DNA of 64,000 bases, from positions 96,001 through 160,000 of the forward strand of contig JAUVNS010000001.1 of the NCBI GenBank assembly GCA_030599585.1, given 5' to 3'. This DNA is from Promethearchaeota archaeon. Lineage in GTDB: Archaea > Asgardarchaeota > Lokiarchaeia > Sigyniarchaeales > SOKP01. A program made the position numbers and the translations under genes. Of the stretch, positions 19,990 through 29,268 are shown in pieces (the stretch's first letter is position 1; the number at the start of each line of letters is the position of its first letter). The notes below the pieces were generated by a model. The model saw only the letters and a list, made by a program, of their open reading frames with translations. It made no database searches and had not been told where the DNA came from.

Positions 19990-20340
19990 CTAATTAGGTA
20001 TCTCATCGGCAAACTCCGTTTTGAGAAGTGAAATGTAAGACTTTTTTTCTATGTGGTCTAAGGAATTCACATTCGTCCCTCTGCTAGTATAAATATCTGG
20101 AGGATGTTCTTCAAATAATGAAAGAATGAGTAATATTGCATTTTTTACAAATTCTTTTCTACTCGTTTTTCTTTCTAAAACCTTCATTAATTCTATGAAT
20201 GATTTATTTTTCCATATTTCTATGGTTTCTTTATTTACGTTCGGATTCTGGAAGAATTCTATGATATTTGAGTAATATTCAAATTCAGAGGTATCGCAGT
20301 TGTTTGACTCATTCATAAGTTTTTGACCGTTGTTATACAT
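19990..20340 (-). CDS. hypothetical protein
   Basis: 116-aa ORF. Confidence 0.6.
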   Translation of the reverse strand: MYNNGQKLMNESNNCDTSEFEYYSNIIEFFQNPNVNKETIEIWKNKSFIELMKVLERKTSRKEFVKNAILLILSLFEEHPPDIYTSRGTNVNSLDHIEKKSYISLLKTEFADEIPN

Positions 20341-20567
20341 ATATAACCAAATTATTTGTTTTTAAATTCCATGAGAATCATGGTTTTTTGTTGCGACAAT
20401 CCGCACGTTAATTTTCCAAAAATTTATGGTTCTTGATAAAAATAACATCCATTATCGACAAGTAAGAATTTCAAGAAGAGTGTTATTTTCTTATGTATTA
20501 CGCTGATAATATCTCCCCTAAATGAGAAAAGTGAGTAAAAAGAGTTTAACAAGGGACAAGAATAATC

Positions 20568-21623
20568 CTATAGATTTTCAATTTCTGAAGGAATAAAACC
20601 AAAAGTGTCTAAGAAACGCTTTCGCACGTCTGAAATGTCATAAATTTGTGTTTGAGCACCACTAGTTTCTACAACGAAAGAGCCTACAGTTGAACCTAAA
20701 CGACAAGAATCTTGCAAACTCATATTAAGAATCATTCCAGACAAAAAGCCTGCGCGGTATCCATCCCCGGCACCTGTAGTGTCAATTACTTTATTCGGAT
20801 TCGAAATCGGAATTTCTATGGACTCTACTTTTCCAGATGGAGTTTTTGTTACAATTTCTGAACCCTCCGACCCCTTAGTTTTTACTATAGTACTAATATA
20901 CTCGAGTAAATCTGTTTCGTTCATCTCTGTCTTGCTCATAACTTGATTTATTTCGTACGTATTTCCTATAAGAAATTCAGATTTGGCTAAAATGCTCATT
21001 AAATTGTCTTTGGAGAATAAGGGAGTAATTTGTCCAGGGTCAAATATCATAGGAATACCTAACTCGCTTAATTGATCAGCAAAATTCTTCATTGCATCAA
21101 TACCTTGGGTAGAATTTATAGCATAGGCATATTGTTCAGGATTTTTAATCTTTCTCCGTAAATCTATATTTTTACCATCATCTAAAGCGCCCCCATGAAA
21201 AATAATCATTTGATTCGATTTCTCATCGTTTACAATGTAGCATGCTGCAGTAAACAGATCAATTTGAATATCTACATTCAAATCGATGTTTTGGAATTTT
21301 GTTATGTGATCTTTATAACCTAAGCTTTCGAAATCTTTACCAACCGAACCTAAGAGTGAGACGGGGGATATATTTAGTAATCCAAGGTTATACGCGATGT
21401 TTCCCGCAGTTCCGCCGAAATGCTGGATTCGGCTATTGGCAGTTACTGTGCTTTGGTATACTTTTTTCTCGTAATCAATAGACACAGCATTTACAAAATT
21501 CTCGTCAAATCCCATGATGTAATCGAAAGCAAGGGAACCCAATACTATTACTTTATCTCGTTTCATTTCAGTCTTTACCTTATACAAATTGAAGTAAATC
21601 GATAATATATTATTTTTACGCAT
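20568..21623 (-). CDS. PfkB family carbohydrate/nucleoside kinase
   Basis: GSLAFD, FGGTAGNIAY, DTTGAGDGYRAG. Confidence 0.9.
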   Translation of the reverse strand: MRKNNILSIYFNLYKVKTEMKRDKVIVLGSLAFDYIMGFDENFVNAVSIDYEKKVYQSTVTANSRIQHFGGTAGNIAYNLGLLNISPVSLLGSVGKDFESLGYKDHITKFQNIDLNVDIQIDLFTAACYIVNDEKSNQMIIFHGGALDDGKNIDLRRKIKNPEQYAYAINSTQGIDAMKNFADQLSELGIPMIFDPGQITPLFSKDNLMSILAKSEFLIGNTYEINQVMSKTEMNETDLLEYISTIVKTKGSEGSEIVTKTPSGKVESIEIPISNPNKVIDTTGAGDGYRAGFLSGMILNMSLQDSCRLGSTVGSFVVETSGAQTQIYDISDVRKRFLDTFGFIPSEIENL

Positions 21624-21687
21624 TAAATTTAGACTTTATGAAATAACAAACTACTAATAAAGAAATAAAATAAAAGAAAGGCTATTG

Positions 21688-21954
21688 TTACAAATTATCC
21701 AACGGTAAATCTAAATCTACTTCAGCAGATTTAAGCTTTTTCATGAATTCTACAGCCCCAACTTCATTTACCATTAATTCTAATAGATTTTCGTAGAGGT
21801 GCTCGATGTTATCCTGCCCGATTTGAAAGTATATATCTTCAGAGGGAAGAGTTATCTTAAAAATTTCATAAAGGCCTCGAATACAGTCTTTAATATTCTC
21901 AAAATTAATTAATGCCTTTTTCGTCGATTCGTAAACAATATCAGTTTTTTCCAT
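21688..21954 (-). CDS. small acidic hypothetical protein
   Basis: 88-aa ORF, helical pattern. Confidence 0.6.
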   Translation of the reverse strand: MEKTDIVYESTKKALINFENIKDCIRGLYEIFKITLPSEDIYFQIGQDNIEHLYENLLELMVNEVGAVEFMKKLKSAEVDLDLPLDNL

Positions 21955-22343
21955 TTTTAATTATTACCGCTTAAACTTGTTTCCCGTTGTATTAAAAGAA
22001 GAAATGAAGGCTTAAAAAATAGTTGTTATTTTGACAATTGCGTGACTAAAGAACAAATAACAAAGAATACAATACATCTTATATTATGTTTCAAGGCGGG
22101 CTAGTTCTCGTTTAAGAATATTTGGTAAAACTTTAGACAATCAAGTAATTAGCTATCGAAAACTAGTTTCATTCATAGTTTACATTCCCAAATTGATAAT
22201 AAGATATTTTATTTTTGTCTGTGCAAAAACCTTGCTTTAATTCCTAATAACCTAGATATAAATATTTTTAATTATTTTTTTTTATTATTCCGTATGCAAA
22301 AGAAAATGTAATTTTTTTTAACAAATTATAATAATTTTTCACC

Positions 22344-23393
22344 ATGAAGAAGCTAATTGATGCTGTAATATATACAGATGTTCACGATGAACTCGGTCCG
22401 AATCCCATTCTTTGGCTACCGCCAAATTTACCTGAATCTGTCAGAATGTTAGTAGGAATTAAAACTGTAACATTACTTACAGGTGACCAAGGGTCTGTAC
22501 CAGATTCGCTATTAATAATCCCTTTTCCTTCACTTAAATTAAAAGGATTAATTAGATATATAGAAAGAGAAGATGAAAGTAAAAGAGGAGGATTCGCAAG
22601 AAGTGCAATAACATTCTTGTTTAAAGAAACAGATGATGTGATTTTCTATAAATATATGGGTTATCTTAAAGCTCCCTTCGATGAAACTTCGAGAAAAATA
22701 ATTGAATTAGAGAACAACCATGCAGAAAGTTCAAAAATCTTTGAAGAGATTAAAATTTTACGAGATAGCGTCAGTGAATTACTAGATGATTTTAGAACTA
22801 AAGAAATAACTTCACCAGCATCAAAAGAATTTCCAGAAAAACGAGTTAAAGATGATAAAGTAGTAGATTATAGACTTAAACTCGTAATAGTTGGAGATCC
22901 TGGAGTAGGTAAGACATCTACCATACTAAGATTTACTGATAACGCGTTCTTAAGAACATATGTTCCAACACTTGGGGTATCCATTACTGAAAAATTATTT
23001 GATACCAAAAGCGGAGTAATAGAAACGATCTTATGGGACATCGCAGGACAAGCAAAATTTGAGACGATGAGAAGACATTTCTACCAAGGCTCTGAGGCGA
23101 TATTACTTATTTTTGATCTAACTAATAGAAATTCCTTTACAAGTATAAAATCGTGGTATCATGACGTTATGAAAAACATGGAGAAACATCACCACAAAAT
23201 GTCGGGTTATATTTTTGGAAATAAAAGTGATTTAATCGAACTACGAAAAGTTAAATTAGTTGAAGCTTTAGCTTTAGCTAAGGAATTGAATTTAAAATAC
23301 ATAGAAATATCTGCCCTAACTGGTAAAAATGTCGAATACGCTTTTTATGATATTGCCAACACAGTCGTAAAAATGCGTTTGAACAAACCTTAA
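22344..23393 (+). CDS. FLCN/SMCR8-like longin domain fused to Rab-like GTPase
   Basis: HDELGPNPILWLP, EDESKRGG; GDPGVGKT, YVPTLG, WDIAGQ, GNKSD, EISA. Confidence 0.85.
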   Translation: MKKLIDAVIYTDVHDELGPNPILWLPPNLPESVRMLVGIKTVTLLTGDQGSVPDSLLIIPFPSLKLKGLIRYIEREDESKRGGFARSAITFLFKETDDVIFYKYMGYLKAPFDETSRKIIELENNHAESSKIFEEIKILRDSVSELLDDFRTKEITSPASKEFPEKRVKDDKVVDYRLKLVIVGDPGVGKTSTILRFTDNAFLRTYVPTLGVSITEKLFDTKSGVIETILWDIAGQAKFETMRRHFYQGSEAILLIFDLTNRNSFTSIKSWYHDVMKNMEKHHHKMSGYIFGNKSDLIELRKVKLVEALALAKELNLKYIEISALTGKNVEYAFYDIANTVVKMRLNKP

Positions 23394-23404
23394 AGGTTAT
23401 AAAT

Positions 23405-23977
23405 ATGGATTTAGAAGAAGCAATAAATAAACGTAGAACAATTAGGAGATTTACTCAAGAAACTATTCCGAGCGAAATCTTAAAAAAATTAATCGATTAC
23501 GCTCGAATCGCTCCTGCTGGAAATAATATTCAATGCGTTGAATATGTAATCGTAGAATCTCCAGAAATGAGAGAAAAAATGTTTCCTTTAGTAAGATGGG
23601 CCGCATCGCTACCTAAAGAATTAAGAACTCCAGAAAGTGGTAGGGAACCAACAGCATATATAATCGTGCTAGTAAATACAAACATTAAAAAATCATATTA
23701 CGATTTTGACGTTGGAGCCGCAGTTGAGAACATATTACTCGGTGCTGTGACGTTTGGAATTGGAACGTGTTGGATGGGTTCAATAAAAGGAGATAAAATA
23801 AGAGTATTACTTGACATTCCTGATTTTTACGAAATTAAACATGTGATTAGTCTAGGGTACCCTGACGAGACATCTGTGATTGAACCGTATAAAGAGTCTT
23901 TTAAATATTGGAAAGAAGGAAACGAAATGCACATCCCAAAACGAAAGTTGGAAAGCCTTATTTTAAAGGTGGTATAA
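23405..23977 (+). CDS. nitroreductase family protein
   Basis: AINKRRTIRRF, APAGNNIQ, GIGTCWMG, LGYP. Confidence 0.9.
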   Translation: MDLEEAINKRRTIRRFTQETIPSEILKKLIDYARIAPAGNNIQCVEYVIVESPEMREKMFPLVRWAASLPKELRTPESGREPTAYIIVLVNTNIKKSYYDFDVGAAVENILLGAVTFGIGTCWMGSIKGDKIRVLLDIPDFYEIKHVISLGYPDETSVIEPYKESFKYWKEGNEMHIPKRKLESLILKVV

Positions 23978-24365
23978 AAGAGAGTAATAGTAATGAATTT
24001 TGCCCTCCTCCTACTCTCTCTTAATTAAATTACTTAAATAACAACTGTTTAGAGCGTTAAATACCCCACCCATAGATTTTTGTCATAAAATCTATAAAAT
24101 AGATATTGATTATGAAAATATAAGTGTTATTCCCCAGAATTGAGGAAAATTTTCCTGCGTCACTTAGATTGTCCTCAATCATGGAGAAAAATTTAGTTAT
24201 TCTCTAAATTTACGCCTTGGTTCTCATTTTTTATCAAAAAGTCTGCTAAATGAGTCGGATTTGTTAATCATCTTAACATTAAATTTATATTCAATTAAGG
24301 TCATTTAATATTTACGCTAAATAATTTTATATGAATAAATATTTACAATTTGTTGCAAGATAAAT

Positions 24366-24917
24366 ATGTCAAATCAAAAAAATGAAAAAAAAATGGTAAC
24401 CTTGGTTAGTCCACTGTCAATGAGAGAGTTTGAGGCTTTATTGATAATTTTAAAAAACGATGGGGAGGAATTAGCAGTTTTAAAAGCTGCAATCGATGCG
24501 AGATTTAAACTTGGGAGTAGAACTAAAGGGTACGATTATATAAGAAATCTGTGCACTAAGAATTTCACCGTTAAAAAAATTTCTGATCCAGTTGCTGGCA
24601 GGAAGAGAATCGTGAGAATTTTTGTAGAAAAAAAAGTAAGGAGTGAATACGAGAGATTAATCTTGCCCACAGTGAAAAATTTAAATGAATCGATAAAAAA
24701 ACTTTCCAAGGATTACATGGAAGAGATTAAAGAAGAAGAAAAACTAATGGAGAAATTTAGAACCTATACAGAAACTATTCTTAAGGGTATCAATCATGTA
24801 TTGGAGGATACACCGACAAGAAATTATACTCAAAAGAAACTTGAAAGAAAAATAGAGGATACGATCTGGCGTTATTTTCGCGCGGAAATGTTAAAAATTG
24901 AAATGTTTTCAAAATAA
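24366..24917 (+). CDS. hypothetical protein, possible winged-helix regulator
   Basis: LSMREFEALLIIL...YDYIRNLC...RKRIVRI is MarR-like by eye. Confidence 0.45.
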   Translation: MSNQKNEKKMVTLVSPLSMREFEALLIILKNDGEELAVLKAAIDARFKLGSRTKGYDYIRNLCTKNFTVKKISDPVAGRKRIVRIFVEKKVRSEYERLILPTVKNLNESIKKLSKDYMEEIKEEEKLMEKFRTYTETILKGINHVLEDTPTRNYTQKKLERKIEDTIWRYFRAEMLKIEMFSK

Positions 24918-24962
24918 AAACGCTGTAGGGTCGATAGAAAATATATAGGGAATATATTGGAT

Positions 24963-24981
24963 AAAGTCATAACATTTAAAA
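24963..24981 (+). promoter_or_regulatory. BRE/TATA-like box, copy 1
   Basis: AAAGTCATAACATTTAAAA, 23 nt before TTG 25005. Confidence 0.7.
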
Positions 24982-25004
24982 ATTCATAAATTCATGTATA
25001 TGCA

Positions 25005-25727
25005 TTGCTATTTCAAAATGAAATTATTGTAAGATTAATTGCTGCATCAGTGCTTCAAGTATGGCCGATTTTTTACTTATCTTATTTCACATATAGATTA
25101 CTAAGGCGAGCTAAAAATCGTTCAACTTATATTTTGAGTGCTTATTTCGTAACAACAGCACTTGCTTATTTTCTTGCCACTCTTTCAATTTTTTTAACAA
25201 ATACGCCCTTTGCTTACATCATTTATGTGCTTTCAATTTATGTTTTTGTTTTTAGTTATAGTTTTTTAATAAATTTTAGCTGGTTACTTACTCGACTAGA
25301 TGAAAAACCACACTATACAAAGCTTTATTTAAGAATAATTTTCTACGCGATCTTATCACTCTATGTTATTGTAATTAGTATTCCATTTAATGGTATAGCC
25401 TTAGATGCAAGTACTGGATGGACACCTAATTACAGTTGGCTCTTTCTTGTTTTTAGTTGGATTTATTTCTTGATTTTATTAATTATTCCACAAATATATT
25501 TCTCGTTTAAAATTTTAAAAGTATATGAGGGAGTTGTCCTCAAGAAGAGATTAAATTCATTTATATTTAGTGTCTTTCTATCTTTGTCATTGGCTATTTC
25601 GCTATTCTTGTATCACACATGGATTGAAAATCTAATTTTCAGGACATTTCATATTTTTCTGGGGCTAGTATTTGGGATATCAGCTGCATATTTAATATAC
25701 AAGGGATTCGGGAAGCAACTGGAATAA
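25005..25727 (+). CDS. 7-TM membrane protein, paralog 1
   Basis: Seven hydrophobic segments; AKNRSTY, GWxPxYSW, IPQ, YKGFGK. Confidence 0.85.
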   Translation: MLFQNEIIVRLIAASVLQVWPIFYLSYFTYRLLRRAKNRSTYILSAYFVTTALAYFLATLSIFLTNTPFAYIIYVLSIYVFVFSYSFLINFSWLLTRLDEKPHYTKLYLRIIFYAILSLYVIVISIPFNGIALDASTGWTPNYSWLFLVFSWIYFLILLIIPQIYFSFKILKVYEGVVLKKRLNSFIFSVFLSLSLAISLFLYHTWIENLIFRTFHIFLGLVFGISAAYLIYKGFGKQLE

Positions 25728-25825
25728 AAAATAATGAACATTTCCTGACCTTTAATTTATTATATTTATCTCCCAAATAACTTAGAAACCATTATAATAG
25801 AAAAGATATAAGACCTCTATGGAAT

Positions 25826-25844
25826 AAAGTCAAAACATTTAAAA
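25826..25844 (+). promoter_or_regulatory. BRE/TATA-like box, copy 2
   Basis: AAAGTCAAAACATTTAAAA. Confidence 0.65.
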
Positions 25845-25872
25845 AATCATGCACTTTTTTGTATACAATGCG

Positions 25873-26595
25873 TTGCTGTTTCAAAATGAATTTTTTGTCA
25901 GATTAATTGTTGTTTCAGTTTTTCAAATATGGCCTGTTGTTTACGGGTCATATTTCGCCTATAAGTTATTAAAGCGGGCTAAAAATCGCTCTACTTATAC
26001 AATGAGTGGCTATTTTATAACCACTGCTCTTACTTATTTTCTTGCAACGATTTCAACATTTTTGGTAAATACACCCTTTTCTTACATTCTTTACGTGATT
26101 TCAATTTATGTGTTTGTTTTTAGCTATAGTTTTGCAATAAATTTTAGCTGGCTTCTTACTAGACTTGATGAAAAATCGTGTAATACTAAATTTTACTTAA
26201 GAACAACTCTTTACGCAATCTTATCACTATATGTTCTATTGGTTGCCATTCCTTTTAACGGCATAACCTTAAATGCGAGTACTGGTTGGATTCCTACTTA
26301 TAGTTGGTTCTTTCTTGGCATTAGTTGGACTTACTTCTTGATTTTTTTAATTATTCCACAAATATATCTCTCGTTTAAAATTTTGAAAGTATACGAGGGT
26401 GTTGCTCTTAAACATAGATTAAATATGTTTCTAATTAGCGTATTGTTAGTGATGGTGTTGGCAGTTTTTATGTTATTATATAACACATGGACTGAAAATG
26501 TAATTTTCCGGACATTTTACGTTTTTATAATGCCGGAATTAGGTGTATTTGCCGCTTATTTCGTCTACAAAGGATTCGGAAAGATGCTAGATTAA
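25873..26595 (+). CDS. 7-TM membrane protein, paralog 2 (start reassigned to TTG 25873; track 25849)
   Basis: Aligns with paralogs from (L)LFQNE; ATG 25849 lies only 4 nt after the TATA box. Confidence 0.85.
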   Translation: MLFQNEFFVRLIVVSVFQIWPVVYGSYFAYKLLKRAKNRSTYTMSGYFITTALTYFLATISTFLVNTPFSYILYVISIYVFVFSYSFAINFSWLLTRLDEKSCNTKFYLRTTLYAILSLYVLLVAIPFNGITLNASTGWIPTYSWFFLGISWTYFLIFLIIPQIYLSFKILKVYEGVALKHRLNMFLISVLLVMVLAVFMLLYNTWTENVIFRTFYVFIMPELGVFAAYFVYKGFGKMLD

Positions 26596-26745
26596 TGAAT
26601 AATGTTAATTTCTTCGATATTATATTGTAATTTCTGTGAAAACCTTTGCCTCTTCAACGGTAACCATCCTAATCTATACACAGAAAATAATGAGATGGAA
26701 AAAATGCTGGAGTTTTGATAGAATATATATTCAGAATTATATAAA

Positions 26746-26764
26746 AAAGTCATAACCTTTAAAA
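26746..26764 (+). promoter_or_regulatory. BRE/TATA-like box, copy 3
   Basis: AAAGTCATAACCTTTAAAA. Confidence 0.7.
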
Positions 26765-26787
26765 AAACAAAAAGTCATGTATATTTA

Positions 26788-27519
26788 TTGTTATTTCAAA
26801 ACGAATTTATTGTCAGATTAATTGTTGTTTCAGTTTTTCAAATATGGCCAATTTTCTACGCGTCGTATTTCGCCTTTAAATTACTAAAGCGCGCTAAAAA
26901 TCGTTCGACTTATACGTTAAGTAGTTTTTTCATTTTAACAGCTCTTACTTATTTTCTTGCTTCACTTTCAACTTTTTTAGTCGCTACGCCTTTGTTTACC
27001 TTTACTCACATTATTTATGTGCTTTCAATTTACACGCTTATCTTTAGCTATAGTTTTTTAATAAATTTTAGCTGGTTACTTACTAAACTTGATGAAAAAA
27101 CATGCCCTACTAAATTTTACTTAAGAGCAATTCTTTATGCGATTTTATCTCTATATGTTTTAGTGATTGCGATTCCGTTTCACGGTATAACCTTAAGTGC
27201 AAGCACTGGGTGGATACCTGTTTACAGCTGGTTCTTTCTTGGTTTTAGTTGGACTTTTATCTTGATTTTTTTTATTATTCCACAAGTATTTTTATCTTTA
27301 AAAATTGTGAAAATATATGAAGGCATTGTCCTCAGGAGAAGATTAAATCTTTTTCTAATAAGTGTGTTTTTGGGATTGTTAATACCCATTTTTGTATTCT
27401 TATATCACGCTATGCCTGAAAATATAGTTTTCAGGACATTTTATCTTTTAACAATGCCGGAAGTAGGAGTATATGCTGCTTATTTAATATATAAAGGATT
27501 CGGGAAGGAACTGGATTAA
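26788..27519 (+). CDS. 7-TM membrane protein, paralog 3
   Basis: Same motifs as paralog 1; TTG start. Confidence 0.85.
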   Translation: MLFQNEFIVRLIVVSVFQIWPIFYASYFAFKLLKRAKNRSTYTLSSFFILTALTYFLASLSTFLVATPLFTFTHIIYVLSIYTLIFSYSFLINFSWLLTKLDEKTCPTKFYLRAILYAILSLYVLVIAIPFHGITLSASTGWIPVYSWFFLGFSWTFILIFFIIPQVFLSLKIVKIYEGIVLRRRLNLFLISVFLGLLIPIFVFLYHAMPENIVFRTFYLLTMPEVGVYAAYLIYKGFGKELD

Positions 27520-27612
27520 AAAATAACGATTAATCAATCAATACACAAGAAATTTTGTATTATAAAAAAACGCTGGAGATTTAATAGAATAAAAATAAGG
27601 AACATATAGAAA

Positions 27613-27631
27613 AGAGTCATAACATTTAAAA
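27613..27631 (+). promoter_or_regulatory. BRE/TATA-like box, copy 4
   Basis: AGAGTCATAACATTTAAAA. Confidence 0.7.
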
Positions 27632-27655
27632 ATTCATACACTGAATTATGATACA

Positions 27656-28387
27656 TTGCTATTTCAAAACGAATTTATTGTCAGATTAATTGTTGTTTCA
27701 GTTTTTCAGATATGGCCAATTTTTTACTCGTCCTATTTCGCCTATAAATTACTCAAGCGAGCTAAAAATCGTTCTACTTATACTTTGAGTAGTTTTTTCA
27801 TACTTACCGCTCTTACTTATTTTCTTGCAACAGTTTCAACTTTTTTAGTAGCTACTCCTTTGTTTTCCTTTACTTACATCATTTATGTGCTTTCAATCTA
27901 CACGCTTATATTTAGTTATAGTATTCTAATAAATTTTAGTTGGTTACTTATTAATCTTGATAAAAAAGCATCTTCCACTAAATTTTACTTAAGAATTGCT
28001 TTTTATGCGATCTTATCACTCTATGTTCTTATAATTGCTATTCCATTTAATGGAGTGATCTTAAATGCGAGTATTGGTTGGATTCCTCAATACAGTTGGT
28101 TCATGCTTGGTTTTAGTTGGGTTTTTATCTTGATTTTTTTAATTATCCCTCAAATATATTTCTCGTTTAAAATTATGAAAGTATACGAGGGTGTTGTCCT
28201 CAAGAAAAGATTAAATTTATTTATTTTTAGCGTATTTTTGGGATTCCTAATCCCCATTTTTCTCTTCGTATATCACGCAATGCCTGAAAATGTAATTTTT
28301 AGGACGAGTTATTTTTTAACACTGCCAGGAGTAGGAGTAGTGGCTGCTTATTTAGTATACAAAGGATTCGGGAAGGAACTGGATTAA
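27656..28387 (+). CDS. 7-TM membrane protein, paralog 4
   Basis: Closest to paralog 3; TTG start. Confidence 0.85.
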   Translation: MLFQNEFIVRLIVVSVFQIWPIFYSSYFAYKLLKRAKNRSTYTLSSFFILTALTYFLATVSTFLVATPLFSFTYIIYVLSIYTLIFSYSILINFSWLLINLDKKASSTKFYLRIAFYAILSLYVLIIAIPFNGVILNASIGWIPQYSWFMLGFSWVFILIFLIIPQIYFSFKIMKVYEGVVLKKRLNLFIFSVFLGFLIPIFLFVYHAMPENVIFRTSYFLTLPGVGVVAAYLVYKGFGKELD

Positions 28388-28421
28388 TAAATCTGATGAT
28401 TTTCTAATTGTTATAAGAACT

Positions 28422-29132
28422 CTAAAGATATTTTAAAGCTAATTCGGTCGATTCTCGAGCTTCGTCCACGCTGACCATACCTATTGTAGTGCAGCAGATG
28501 TTATGCTTAGAAATGTACTCATAAGCTTTTTTAGGGTTCAATTTACCGGCTGCTAGCGTTTTCATTCCAATAAAGTGATGATCTTTATGGTTATTTACTT
28601 GATTTTCAAGCTCTTTTTGATTCCCCATTAAATACCCCCGAGCGTTAAATGGAATTAAAAACGCTTTTACATTAGGAAGGTTTTCGAAAGCGTATTCCAA
28701 GGTAGAAACGGGATTATGCGCAGCTATTCCGGGTATTATTCCCATTGACTCAATCTCAGCAATAAATTTCTCTAATTTCTCATCTTTTTTATCCGCGACC
28801 ATTCCGTGGGCAAAAACTATTTTAGCTCCAAGTTCAGCTAATTCTTTAATGAGAGGATCAGGTCCCGGAAAAGTAGACCCCGTAATGACAAAGTCGCTAT
28901 GAGTTTCAACCATTATTTTAGCTGCATTGGTGATTTTTCCACCCGGGATTAATTGTATTCCGCGACCCCCTACTTCATAAGACGCTTCCAGTATCTCTAA
29001 CACAGCTTCCGCGTTATTTAAGAATTTTCTTCGGTATACACGCGCATTCTTTCCGAATTGGGAAGCTCCAAAGAATGGTGAGGTCCCTACCGATACTATC
29101 GGTATTTCCTGGCCTTCGATTTTACAAAATAT
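28422..29132 (-). CDS. aldo/keto-reductase-like TIM-barrel protein; start extended to ATA 29132 (track: GTG 29003)
   Basis: IGMKTLAAG, TIGMVS AKR-like motifs; upstream frame reads IFCKIEGQEIPIVSVGTSPFFGASQFG; GGTG SD at 29141-29144. Confidence 0.7.
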   Translation of the reverse strand: MFCKIEGQEIPIVSVGTSPFFGASQFGKNARVYRRKFLNNAEAVLEILEASYEVGGRGIQLIPGGKITNAAKIMVETHSDFVITGSTFPGPDPLIKELAELGAKIVFAHGMVADKKDEKLEKFIAEIESMGIIPGIAAHNPVSTLEYAFENLPNVKAFLIPFNARGYLMGNQKELENQVNNHKDHHFIGMKTLAAGKLNPKKAYEYISKHNICCTTIGMVSVDEARESTELALKYL

Positions 29133-29268
29133 GATCTCTACACCTTTTTATTTAGGCTTTTAAACCAAAATTCTTCAAATAATAAAACTTTTATGAGATT
29201 TAATTAATAACTTCAGATAAATACTAACTATAAAATAAAATTATAAAAATGATTCAATTTGATGAGAA

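Noticed and set aside
23979-24019. SECIS element (contains AUGA)
   Set aside because: No matching GA on the 3' arm, and I noticed no in-frame UGA read-through candidate in adjacent genes
25005-28387. Microbial rhodopsins / heliorhodopsins
   Set aside because: No mid-TM7 retinal-binding Lys (DxxxK/SxxxK) and no RYxxW-type TM3 motif; the only Lys residues are at the helix end
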